Shown here: piece after piece, positions 9,780 through 17,418 of the stretch
Position numbering within the stretch: position 1 is the first letter of the stretch
How the letters are laid out: every line of letters begins with the position of its first letter
Virus record (IMG/VR): IMGVR_UViG_3300020045_005093
Location: 1-36,394 of that record
Source of the DNA: a virus
Taxonomy: Duplodnaviria; Caudoviricetes
Strand: one strand, 5' to 3'
Length of the DNA: 36,394 nt
Translations under genes and position numbers: made by a program
The notes under the pieces: model-generated
What the model was told of the DNA's origin: nothing
What the model saw: the letters and a program-made list of their open reading frames with translations, nothing else
The model's database searches: none

Positions 9780-10786
9780 TTTTGTATCATCTTAGCTACT
9801 GCTTTCCCGCCCTCTTTGGAAACAGAAAAAGCTTTGGTTAAAGTTATAAGTTTAGGTGGAAAAGAACAACCCCACACTATCGGTTCGTAATATTCTTTAA
9901 TCAAAGAATCAGGATAGATGTAAGAAGGAGTTAAGAAGATTAAGTCTTGTGGGGTTTTCTCAAGATACTTGTTCCATACCGTCTCGTCATTCCAAATTGG
10001 CGTGTATCCGTGTGCCATATCTCGGTCTACAATGTCTTTCATCGCCCGCATAGCTTTAAACCATTCCACACTCGTTCCTCCCTGAAACCCGCCAGCAAAA
10101 TACATTGGCATAAATCTTGGCTTGCCACCGTCATTTATCACTAGTCCAGGTCGGTTTATGTAAGCTTGAGAATCCTTATTTGGCTCGTAAGGAGGGTAGA
10201 GCTCTTTTCTAAGGTAATACCCTGGGTGTGGAGCAGCAGTAAGCCCTGTACCAAGAATCTCATCTCCTACAATATTCACAAATTGCATATCTACATCACA
10301 GTAAAAAATGTAATCATAGTCTTGTAGAACTTCTTCTTGCTGTAAAAACAAGTGGTATCTCATTAAAGTAGGAAGCGGCCAAGGTTGGGGTTCTGTGGGG
10401 AAGAGTCTCGCCCCAAACGCTGTTGGGTGTTCTATTATCTCTACCGCTTCGTTAAAACCGTCTGCATAAGCATTCTGTTCTGTCTTTTTAGTTGGGATGA
10501 CTTTCTTTTCAGCAGGCATATCTGTCCACAAAAAATAATCTACATTGTGTCCTGGAAGGAAGTATTGCTTCGCTCCGTCAATCATAGGCTTTATAAACTC
10601 CCAATACGGAGGATTCAAACAAATACAACAAAAAGCTACTCTCTTTTTAGGAAGTTTCCCTAAATTACCGTTTAAAAAATTATAGAGGTTAATATCTAAA
10701 TTATACCTATTTATATCTACCCCAAGATTATTTTGGGTATAAAAGTTATTTGCTACCCTAATAAACTCTTCTGCGGTTATTTGCAT
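9776..10786 (-). CDS. GT6-family (ABO blood group-like) alpha-1,3-Gal/GalNAc transferase
   Basis: YFLPGHNVDYFLWTD, WPLPTLMRY, YCDVDMQF, YFAGGFQGG, WNDETVWNKY, LTPSY. Confidence 0.9.
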   Translation of the reverse strand: MQITAEEFIRVANNFYTQNNLGVDINRYNLDINLYNFLNGNLGKLPKKRVAFCCICLNPPYWEFIKPMIDGAKQYFLPGHNVDYFLWTDMPAEKKVIPTKKTEQNAYADGFNEAVEIIEHPTAFGARLFPTEPQPWPLPTLMRYHLFLQQEEVLQDYDYIFYCDVDMQFVNIVGDEILGTGLTAAPHPGYYLRKELYPPYEPNKDSQAYINRPGLVINDGGKPRFMPMYFAGGFQGGTSVEWFKAMRAMKDIVDRDMAHGYTPIWNDETVWNKYLEKTPQDLIFLTPSYIYPDSLIKEYYEPIVWGCSFPPKLITLTKAFSVSKEGGKAVAKMIQK

Positions 10787-11292
10787 ATTAAATGTAAAAT
10801 TAATGTTTGAAAACTCTCTGTATATGGAGTAATCATTCCTTTAACCTCTGGTACTCGTACACAAACATCAGCGTTGACAAAAGTATAACCACCTTCATAC
10901 CCAGTAATCCCCCCTATCTTTGCTCCCCGTTCTTTGGCAAAATCTATTGCGTTTACTAAATTTTTGCTTACCTTTTCAGTCCCGCCATTCACACTCAAAA
11001 TCAAAACCATATCTTTACTATTTAATCTACTTGTATCTAACCACAAATTAAACACATAATCCCAACCTACATCATTAGTATAAGCAGTCAACTCAGCTAC
11101 ATTATCTACTGGACTATAAGTTTCTTTACCCATTATTTTCCTAAAATCATTTACAGCATGGGAAGCATTAGCCGCACTCCCCCCCACCCCAAGAATAAAC
11201 AACCTATCACAACTCTTGATTAAATCTCTTAATCTATCTACCTGTACCCAATTTAAATTGTCAACTATATATTTTATTTCGTCAGCCCACAT
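10777..11292 (-). CDS. gmhA: SIS-domain phosphoheptose isomerase (GmhA-like)
   Basis: GVGGSAANASHAVND, LTAYTNDVG, LSVNGG, ITGYEGG, ESFQ...H. Confidence 0.8.
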   Translation of the reverse strand: MWADEIKYIVDNLNWVQVDRLRDLIKSCDRLFILGVGGSAANASHAVNDFRKIMGKETYSPVDNVAELTAYTNDVGWDYVFNLWLDTSRLNSKDMVLILSVNGGTEKVSKNLVNAIDFAKERGAKIGGITGYEGGYTFVNADVCVRVPEVKGMITPYTESFQTLILHLICK

Positions 11293-12034
11293 ATTCGCTT
11301 CCCTTAAAAGTAAATTTAAAATTTGATTCTACATCACCATAAAAAAGAAAGAACCCACCACCGCCGCTTCCTAACAACTTCCCCCCTTCTGCACCTGTTT
11401 TTAAACCTTCTTCGTAAATTTCGTCTAATTCTTTATTCGTCATCCCATTCATCATCCTCTTTATGGTCCAATGTTCGTTCATCAAAGTCCCAAAATTCTT
11501 TATGTTTCCCGATTTCATTTCGCTTAGCATCGTCTGCCCAATTTCTTTTATCTTGAGCATACCGTTTAAGTCTAATCCTTTTTCTTGCTGAATCTTTGTA
11601 TCGTGGGTTAGTCCTGTCCATTGAAGCATTAACTTAGAGTTAAGTTCGTCAATTAAATCTTGTTTAAACTTTAATCTCTCAACCTTAACCTTTCCTTGCT
11701 TGTTTATTTCTAAAGCTATAAATCCCCCATAAGCCGCTAAATACTGGTCTTGTTTGCCTTTTTCGTCTGCGTGTTCTGCTAACCATTTAGGAATTGCTGT
11801 TGGATTGTCTGCTAACAGTCTCCCTACTTTATAAGCTCCACTTCCGCCCATTCCGCTTCCTATCGGTAAGTCGCTTTTAACAGAATACTCAAATACCCCC
11901 TCTTCTTTTTTATCTATCCAAACGTATCTATCAATCGTAGCTCCCCAGCAGAACCCGCCGTATTTCTCATAGAACTCTGGTAAGTCTGTTCCTCCTCCTC
12001 CCAAGGGGATTCTGTAGGGTGTTTTTGTTGGCAT
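11282..12034 (-). CDS. hddA: GHMP kinase, heptose-7-phosphate kinase (HddA-like)
   Basis: TPYRIPLGGGGTDLP, LPIGSGMGGSG, GKQDQY, GGKLLGSGGGGF. Confidence 0.8.
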   Translation of the reverse strand: MPTKTPYRIPLGGGGTDLPEFYEKYGGFCWGATIDRYVWIDKKEEGVFEYSVKSDLPIGSGMGGSGAYKVGRLLADNPTAIPKWLAEHADEKGKQDQYLAAYGGFIALEINKQGKVKVERLKFKQDLIDELNSKLMLQWTGLTHDTKIQQEKGLDLNGMLKIKEIGQTMLSEMKSGNIKNFGTLMNEHWTIKRMMNGMTNKELDEIYEEGLKTGAEGGKLLGSGGGGFFLFYGDVESNFKFTFKGSEYVG

Positions 12035-12411
12035 TTTTTTCTTATATTAGTTGAAGAATAATCATGATTCCTAGAAGTATAAACTATCTTAGCTTTAGTG
12101 GGGTTTCGGGTTTCTCCTTTGTGGTCTGCTCCTACAAAACGCACATCTGGCAACCACAAGTCTAAAAGTTTAAGTTCTTCTTCGGTCTGATAAATTAACA
12201 CGGCATCTACCCATTTATTTGCCCTTAACATTAGGTACCTCTCGCCTGGATTCATTATTGGCTGGTTTTTTTCTTTCCTATCAATACTAGGGTCTGTCTG
12301 TAATGCGACAATTAGGTAATCACAATGTTGTTTACACTCCTCAAAATGCAAGCAATGCCCCGCATGAACAAAATCAAAGGCACCCGCTGTCAAACCAATT
12401 TTAAGCTTCAT
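11914..12411 (-). CDS. HIGH-family nucleotidyltransferase (TagD/RfaE-domain-II-like cytidylyltransferase)
   Basis: GAFDFVHAGH (HxGH), DYLIVAL, ER, RNHDYSST; probable start MKLKIG at 12411. Confidence 0.85.
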   Translation of the reverse strand: MKLKIGLTAGAFDFVHAGHCLHFEECKQHCDYLIVALQTDPSIDRKEKNQPIMNPGERYLMLRANKWVDAVLIYQTEEELKLLDLWLPDVRFVGADHKGETRNPTKAKIVYTSRNHDYSSTNIRKKCQQKHPTESPWEEEEQTYQSSMRNTAGSAGELRLIDTFG

Positions 12412-13012
12412 ACGCTTTGGTGAATTCATCTATACTCGCTTGCGTCTTTAAATGAGTAAAACTCTTTTCCAATAAATCAGGATTAATTGTTAAAATATCC
12501 GCATTGGTTAAAAGTGCTTCTTCTACATCTTTTGGTGTCCGTAAAGAACCTACAATTATCTTTGCTTTCAGTTTCCCTAAATTAATTTCTCTAACAGAAT
12601 CAATCCCAGCGTCTTTAGCCCTACAAAAAAACTGGCTTACATAATCCGCTCCTAAAAGCGAAGCAAAAGCCAGTTGTTTAAAAGTCATTAACCCTGTTAT
12701 ATTAAGTTTCATTTCACTTTTTAAAATTCTAATAGCCATTAGCCCAGCCATATTCCCTGGTATTTTAACAATAATATTAGACGCTAACCCCGCTAAAATT
12801 CGTGCTTCATCACAAATTTGTTCTGTAGAAATAGCATACACTACTTCTGCGCTTACTGGAAGAGTCGGGACTAAGGAACAAATCTTTGGCAAATGTTCTT
12901 CTTGTTTTTTCCCTTCTTTTGCCATAATTAAAGGATTCGTTGTTATCCCATCTACCAATCCTTTATATTTTGCAATAGCCTCTAAATTTGCACTATCTAG
13001 GTAAATTTTCAT
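12401..13012 (-). CDS. tal: transaldolase (TalC/MipB type)
   Basis: IYLDSAN, GITTNP, VKIP Schiff-base Lys; Glu in SAEVV and Phe in SQFFCR favour transaldolase over FSA; start placed at MKIYLD (13012). Confidence 0.88.
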   Translation of the reverse strand: MKIYLDSANLEAIAKYKGLVDGITTNPLIMAKEGKKQEEHLPKICSLVPTLPVSAEVVYAISTEQICDEARILAGLASNIIVKIPGNMAGLMAIRILKSEMKLNITGLMTFKQLAFASLLGADYVSQFFCRAKDAGIDSVREINLGKLKAKIIVGSLRTPKDVEEALLTNADILTINPDLLEKSFTHLKTQASIDEFTKAYEA

Positions 13013-13154
13013 AAATGTCTTCCTCTCGTTTAGCACCATAATAATTCCTACCATTGATACGAATAGCCCAATTGTCCTGCTTATACCACCTCACAAACTT
13101 AACATCTTTATCATAAAAGGGCATAACTTCACTAAAAAAGATTCCGTCTTTCAT
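12993..13154 (-). CDS. small hypothetical protein (53 aa)
   Basis: Hand-translated MKDGIFFSEVMPFYDKDVKFVRWYKQDNWAIRINGRNYYG...; TAATG coupling to the upstream gene. Confidence 0.6.
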   Translation of the reverse strand: MKDGIFFSEVMPFYDKDVKFVRWYKQDNWAIRINGRNYYGAKREEDIYENLPR

Positions 13155-13459
13155 TAGAACAAGCTTTTAGCTGGCTGGTTAATCGTTTGCAAAATCTTAC
13201 AGTAAGAATCGTGGGGTTTACCTTGAGTGTTAGAAATACAGCAAAAATTATTTAAACTTTCTTTTATACTAACCATTCGGTAGTCTTTCTGTCCCCTTAC
13301 TCCGTGTTCACATTTGCGGGGGATAAATTTATAATCACCCATAGCTTCTATTTCAGAACGTCTTTTGTGCGGGCTAAAAGCATATAAAGCACGGAACTCA
13401 TTTTGGCAATGCCACGCTTCGTCTTTGCATAATTCAATTATCTTTTGGCGTTGGGTCAT
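13154..13459 (-). CDS. hypothetical Cys/His-rich protein
   Basis: ORF track; ATGA coupling. Confidence 0.6.
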   Translation of the reverse strand: MTQRQKIIELCKDEAWHCQNEFRALYAFSPHKRRSEIEAMGDYKFIPRKCEHGVRGQKDYRMVSIKESLNNFCCISNTQGKPHDSYCKILQTINQPAKSLF

Positions 13460-13806
13460 TCTATTACATGTTTATAACTCTGTGGTAAATACTTTTCTTG
13501 GCTTAGTAAAAGTTCCTTATGGGATTCTAGGTTTCTGCGCACCGCGCGAATATCGCTTAAAATACCTTGCTTATTCTTCCATTCTTTGTAAGGTTCGCTA
13601 ACTTTCCAGTTAGATTTTTGGAGTTCCACGCCTTTGTTTTCTTTTAAAAGCTGGTTTAAATATAAATCCGAGCGAAGTTCAGCCTCGTTTGCTTCCAGTC
13701 TTAATTTGGCTAGTTCGTGGTTAAGCTGTGAAAGTACGTCCATAGCTTCACGAGAAGAAGCAATTAAATGTAAGTTGCCAGCTTTTTTTAAAAGTTCATC
13801 AAGCAT
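13456..13806 (-). CDS. hypothetical coiled-coil protein
   Basis: ORF track; operon packing. Confidence 0.65.
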   Translation of the reverse strand: MLDELLKKAGNLHLIASSREAMDVLSQLNHELAKLRLEANEAELRSDLYLNQLLKENKGVELQKSNWKVSEPYKEWKNKQGILSDIRAVRRNLESHKELLLSQEKYLPQSYKHVIE

Positions 13807-13815
13807 ACTTTTTTA

Positions 13816-14193
13816 TTATTTCTTCTGTTTCCATACATCAACCCCATTACTATACTTAGTAATTATATCTTCATAAAATTTTCGTGCATTTGTAAGCTTG
13901 TTCCTTTTAGTTCGCTCAAATTCTTTTAAAATATAAACACCGTACTGTTCTACAAGACGGAATGCGTAAACTGTCATATTGCCGTTTCTAAATACATTAC
14001 AGCTCACACATTGTGTGTGAACATTATCTGGCGAGTACCGTAAAGCGAGATAAGAACGGCTAACAAAATGCCCCGCCTGTAAGTTAGAAGTAGAATCACA
14101 AGTATAACAGCGTTTTTCCCTCTCCCGAATCCATTTAGAGAAAACTTTATCTGCTTGCTTTTTTAACTGGCTTATTGTTTTTAGTTTCTTCAT
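13816..14193 (-). CDS. ninG: NinG/Rap-like recombination endonuclease
   Basis: ADKVFSKWIR, CYTC, AGHFVSR, NVHTQCVSCN. Confidence 0.85.
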   Translation of the reverse strand: MKKLKTISQLKKQADKVFSKWIREREKRCYTCDSTSNLQAGHFVSRSYLALRYSPDNVHTQCVSCNVFRNGNMTVYAFRLVEQYGVYILKEFERTKRNKLTNARKFYEDIITKYSNGVDVWKQKK

Positions 14194-14414
14194 CTCCCAA
14201 GTTCATTAATTTTGTCTTCTATGTCCATAGTTCCGTTTTTAAACCAATCTTTTAAATCTTTCTGAATATCAACCGCTTCATCTTCTCGTCCCATTTGATA
14301 AATCTCCATTATCCTGCGACGAGCTTCACTCTTGCTCATAAAGCCAACTTTGGTTATGTCTTTTATTAGTTTGTCAATTAGTATATCTAAGTCTGTTGTT
14401 GTTAGGGCGGTCAT
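14190..14414 (-). CDS. hypothetical protein
   Basis: ORF track; AGGAGGAG upstream of ATG. Confidence 0.6.
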   Translation of the reverse strand: MTALTTTDLDILIDKLIKDITKVGFMSKSEARRRIMEIYQMGREDEAVDIQKDLKDWFKNGTMDIEDKINELGR

Positions 14415-14554
14415 ATTTTCTCCTCCTTATTCAATAAATCTCTAATATCTAAAAGAACTTCCATAATTACAGCAAATTGTTCTAAATTTTTAGTAGCATA
14501 AAATCTACTCTTAAATTTCATCACATTACTCTCAATTTCTTTTCTTGTTCTCAT
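14411..14554 (-). CDS. small hypothetical protein
   Basis: MRTRKEIE...EVLLDIRDLL; start reassigned to 14554 because the upstream extension lies in a stem-loop. Confidence 0.55.
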   Translation of the reverse strand: MRTRKEIESNVMKFKSRFYATKNLEQFAVIMEVLLDIRDLLNKEEKI

Positions 14555-14578
14555 ATTTTCTTTAGTTAAAGATTTACT

Positions 14579-14658
14579 TATGGAGAGAGCCGAAGCTCTG
14601 CCCATTCACACTTCAGGCTCATACGGCACTGTGAACGAATCCGTAATCACCCTCCACA
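14579..14658 (-). ncRNA. candidate structured RNA (three-way junction with cUUCGg hairpin)
   Basis: Closing stem UGUGGAG/CUCCAUA, inner stem UUCACA/UGUGAA, AGAGC-UUCG-GCUCU. Confidence 0.45.
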
Positions 14659-14677
14659 AATAAACCTTATAATTTAC

Positions 14678-14863
14678 TTATTTCCAAGTCTTTCCTCTGG
14701 TAAAATACGAGACCCATACGCCTATTAAAAGCACAAAAGCTATTACAGCTATAAGTGTACAGAATGCATATGCCCAACTGTTTAAGTAGTCTTTCAGACT
14801 ACTAGCAAAAACAAATACCGCACCCCAAAACATCAATGCCGACAAATAGATAAAGGTTTTCAT
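14678..14863 (-). CDS. two-helix membrane protein
   Basis: ORF track; two hydrophobic segments. Confidence 0.7.
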   Translation of the reverse strand: MKTFIYLSALMFWGAVFVFASSLKDYLNSWAYAFCTLIAVIAFVLLIGVWVSYFTRGKTWK

Positions 14864-15067
14864 TCTAGTATCTTATTAATTAACAAATTTAATGTATAGA
14901 TATATCCACAAGAACGTTTCTACCGCAAATGTAGCAAGAACAACCATAGGGTGTTTATCAAAATAATCTACACCCCGGTATTTAGATATCCTCCACGTCT
15001 GTACCTCTGTAAGCCCTAACCAAACTAATGTCCAAAGTATAAATTTCATTTTAGTATCTTATTAATT
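14858..15067. repeat. 24-bp direct repeat (23/24 identical) at 14858-14881 and 15044-15067, flanking one gene
   Basis: tttcattctagtatcttattaatt versus tttcattttagtatcttattaatt. Confidence 0.85.
14876..15049 (-). CDS. small two-helix membrane protein (57 aa)
   Basis: Hand-translated MKFILWTLVWLGLTEVQTWRISKYRGVDYFDKHPMVVLATFAVETFLWIYLYIKFVN; ATGA coupling. Confidence 0.65.
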   Translation of the reverse strand: MKFILWTLVWLGLTEVQTWRISKYRGVDYFDKHPMVVLATFAVETFLWIYLYIKFVN

Positions 15068-15309
15068 CGTTTATTTAACTCACGGACTGCTTCATTATAA
15101 CCTACTCTAAAATTTAAATTCTGTTCTGCCCAAACACCTACTTCTTCTTTTTTCTCCATCTTTAACTCTTCTAGGAGAGAAGTTAGGGAGGTGCGGTAAA
15201 ATATTTGTATATATTCCAACTGTTTGTCTGTCCCATTAGGGTCTTGGAATACCCAGCTATGTTTTACAATCTTTTCTTTAAACTCCTGCTCTATTTCTTT
15301 TAGTGTCAT
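15046..15309 (-). CDS. hypothetical protein
   Basis: ORF track; AAGGAG RBS. Confidence 0.7.
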   Translation of the reverse strand: MTLKEIEQEFKEKIVKHSWVFQDPNGTDKQLEYIQIFYRTSLTSLLEELKMEKKEEVGVWAEQNLNFRVGYNEAVRELNKRINKILK

Positions 15310-15335
15310 AGTTTATCTCCTTTAGTTAGAGGGGG

Positions 15336-15491
15336 TTAGCAATAAATTAAAGGCACTTCAAAACCCGTTATCTTTCCACAAGAGGGACATTCGTAAGTGT
15401 GGTGTCCAGGTGCTAACACAATATGGGTCGGAGGGTTATGTTCAGGACTTAAACAAGGTATTTCTGCTGGTGTGTGTTCTATGAATGGCAT
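15336..15491 (-). CDS. small putative Zn-binding protein (51 aa)
   Basis: Hand-translated MPFIEHTPAEIPCLSPEHNPPTHIVLAPGHHTYECPSCGKITGFEVPLIYC. Confidence 0.65.
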   Translation of the reverse strand: MPFIEHTPAEIPCLSPEHNPPTHIVLAPGHHTYECPSCGKITGFEVPLIYC

Positions 15492-15503
15492 ATATTTTAT
15501 TTA

Positions 15504-15686
15504 CTAATTAACTTTACTAAAACACAATTCATGCTCTTTGTGTTCTCTACAAAACTTTCTAGGGTTTTCTTTAAAAGCAGATTTATTCCTAGCCGAGTTT
15601 AGGGCAACTAATACTACAGAGGCTAAAAGTCCGATTATAGCAATAACCACCACCAATTCAATTAATGTGAAACCTTTATTTTTCAT
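15504..15686 (-). CDS. miniature type IV pilin-like protein (prepilin N-methylation motif)
   Basis: MKNKG|[28 protein letters not shown]: class III signal with Gly-1, Phe+1, Glu+5. Confidence 0.9.
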   Translation of the reverse strand: MKNKGFTLIELVVVIAIIGLLASVVLVALNSARNKSAFKENPRKFCREHKEHELCFSKVN

Positions 15687-15687
15687 A

Positions 15688-16545
15688 TTATTTGTTTAGG
15701 TTAATAAATGGTACTGCACTACCAGGTACAATAGAAGCGGGTAGAACTCCATTCCATTTTTCAATAGCCTTAAGCTGAACATAATCCGAACCACCTTGCG
15801 CTGCCAAACTTTGGGATTGAATCCTCTGCGCTTCAGCGGTTGCTTTTGCTGTTTCAATCGTCTGTTGCGCTTCAAATTTAATCTGTTCCAATTTATTTTT
15901 AGCGGCTTCTGCGTTCTGTGTTGCCGTTACTTTAGACTCAATCGCTTTACTAAATTCTTTGGAAAATTCAAAATTGGTAACTGAAAATCTTTCTAAAACC
16001 GAGTTCTTGTCAGCAAATCGTTCGGTTAAAAGAATGTTCACTTTATCAGAATACTCTAACCTCTTAGTAACCAATTCTTCTGCTGTGAACTGTGCAGAAG
16101 TAGATTTAACCACTTCCCTTACTATTGGCTCAATAACATTAGATTCATAATTATCTACCGAACTGTAAGAAGAGTAAATGTCATTAACTTTTTCCGGGCT
16201 AATGTGGTAAGTAACTACAACCCCAATTTGAACGTCTTGTAAGTCTTTAGAGGCACCAAACAATTGAGAGGTCTCAGCACTATCACCTTCAAAACCGTTT
16301 TTATCGTAATTTATTGTACGAGTTTTAACGTCCATTTTTTTAACCTTTTCTACAAAAGGCAGTTTAAAATACAACCCTTGGTCTAAAACCCCTACTACAG
16401 CACCAAATCTAAGCTTAACACCTCTTTCACCTGCACCTACTGTGCCAAAAGTACCCCAGATGATAATCACACTAACCAACGCTATCACACTATGCCACAC
16501 TATTTTGGAGACATTTACATCTCCTGTTTCTTTCATATAATTCAT
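15688..16545 (-). CDS. SPFH/prohibitin (band 7) membrane protein
   Basis: N-terminal [43 protein letters not shown]. Confidence 0.92.
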   Translation of the reverse strand: MNYMKETGDVNVSKIVWHSVIALVSVIIIWGTFGTVGAGERGVKLRFGAVVGVLDQGLYFKLPFVEKVKKMDVKTRTINYDKNGFEGDSAETSQLFGASKDLQDVQIGVVVTYHISPEKVNDIYSSYSSVDNYESNVIEPIVREVVKSTSAQFTAEELVTKRLEYSDKVNILLTERFADKNSVLERFSVTNFEFSKEFSKAIESKVTATQNAEAAKNKLEQIKFEAQQTIETAKATAEAQRIQSQSLAAQGGSDYVQLKAIEKWNGVLPASIVPGSAVPFINLNK

Positions 16546-16571
16546 TGTTTTTTTGTTAATTAATTAACTTG

Positions 16572-16756
16572 ATTTCCCCCCAAGCCCCATTACGCAGAGC
16601 GTCAAGGCATACTCCCGAAGGAATATATCCTGGCTAAATGCCAGCAACGCACAATGGGGTTAGGAGTCTTTTCTTCCGAGCTTTGGAAAGCCCAGTCGTA
16701 TTGTTCTCCAGTCAAGCTGGAGGGGAAACCTCCGACACTCAGTCGGGGCTAGAAAG
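16572..16756 (-). ncRNA. candidate structured intergenic RNA
   Basis: GC-rich island; long G-U-containing stem CCCCAUUGUGC/GCGUAAUGGGG enclosing CUGGC/GCCAG and AUAUUCC-UUCG-GGAGUAU; three further hairpins upstream. Confidence 0.55.
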
Positions 16757-16919
16757 GTGTAATTCCGTTTTTAACATCTTCGTTAATCTTTTCAAAGGCT
16801 TCAATTTTTTTCTGTATTTCTTCCTGTTCTTCCATAGTAGGGTCTACCTCATCAGGCCAAAGGATAGGGTGTTCTTCTCTAAATATTTGGTCTAATAAGT
16901 CGTCTGCCATATCTCCCAT
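16749..16919 (-). CDS. small acidic protein ending in Pro-Phe (56 aa)
   Basis: Hand-translated MGDMADDLLDQIFREEHPILWPDEVDPTMEEQEEIQKKIEAFEKINEDVKNGITPF. Confidence 0.65.
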   Translation of the reverse strand: MGDMADDLLDQIFREEHPILWPDEVDPTMEEQEEIQKKIEAFEKINEDVKNGITPF

Positions 16920-16920
16920 A

Positions 16921-17418
16921 TTAACCTTTCTTAAAAGGGTCTAAACCCAAATAGAGTGCCTCTAAGTTTATATACTTTTCTGTAAAGGCAACTTTAATTT
17001 CTGCACTTGGTTCTTCTATCGGAGGTTCACCTTGCGTTGAATATTCGGTATCTAAATCTTTGCCGGTCTTAGTAATCGCAATATCATAACCTTTGGGGTC
17101 GCCCCATTTTGGGTTTCCTACTAAAGCTTGGATAGAAGTCATTATAGTTTTCTGTGTAAGTTCAAGTATCTGTATTCGGTTTTCTTGATAATTCCAAACA
17201 ACAAATGCCCAAAAAGGTTTTATCTTACCACCAACTTTTAAGTCGCTTGGTATTTCTTCAAAAGCTTCTTTTTGTCTTACGGGTTTATTCTCTTTAGTAA
17301 AATACTCAAACCCAACTATCGCAGAGCTTAAAATTCTAATTCTATTAAGCCCGTCTTCAAATCGCATATAATCGCTTGGGCTTTTTGGTATCTTATAATC
17401 TGGTGGTAGAAATGTCAT
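16921..17418 (-). CDS. putative phage ssDNA-binding protein
   Basis: YMRFEDG..RIRIL, FWAFVVWNY, IQILELTQKTI, WGDP..YDI.IT.TG pattern resembling phage SSB-like proteins. Confidence 0.55.
   Translation of the reverse strand: MTFLPPDYKIPKSPSDYMRFEDGLNRIRILSSAIVGFEYFTKENKPVRQKEAFEEIPSDLKVGGKIKPFWAFVVWNYQENRIQILELTQKTIMTSIQALVGNPKWGDPKGYDIAITKTGKDLDTEYSTQGEPPIEEPSAEIKVAFTEKYINLEALYLGLDPFKKG

Noticed and set aside
270-13012. Ordinary host O-antigen or capsule locus next to a prophage
   Set aside because: It is continuous with phage genes through overlapping starts and stops, contains a phage HNH and lacks export or polymerase genes; not fully excluded without sequence to the left
14555-14605. N-terminal extension of the 64-aa ORF
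   Set aside because: It starts inside the stem-loop element; the ATG at 14554 has the A-rich context typical of this genome
14579-14658. tRNA, twister or hammerhead identity for the 80-nt structure
   Set aside because: No T-loop or cloverleaf, and no complete ribozyme consensus could be matched by eye
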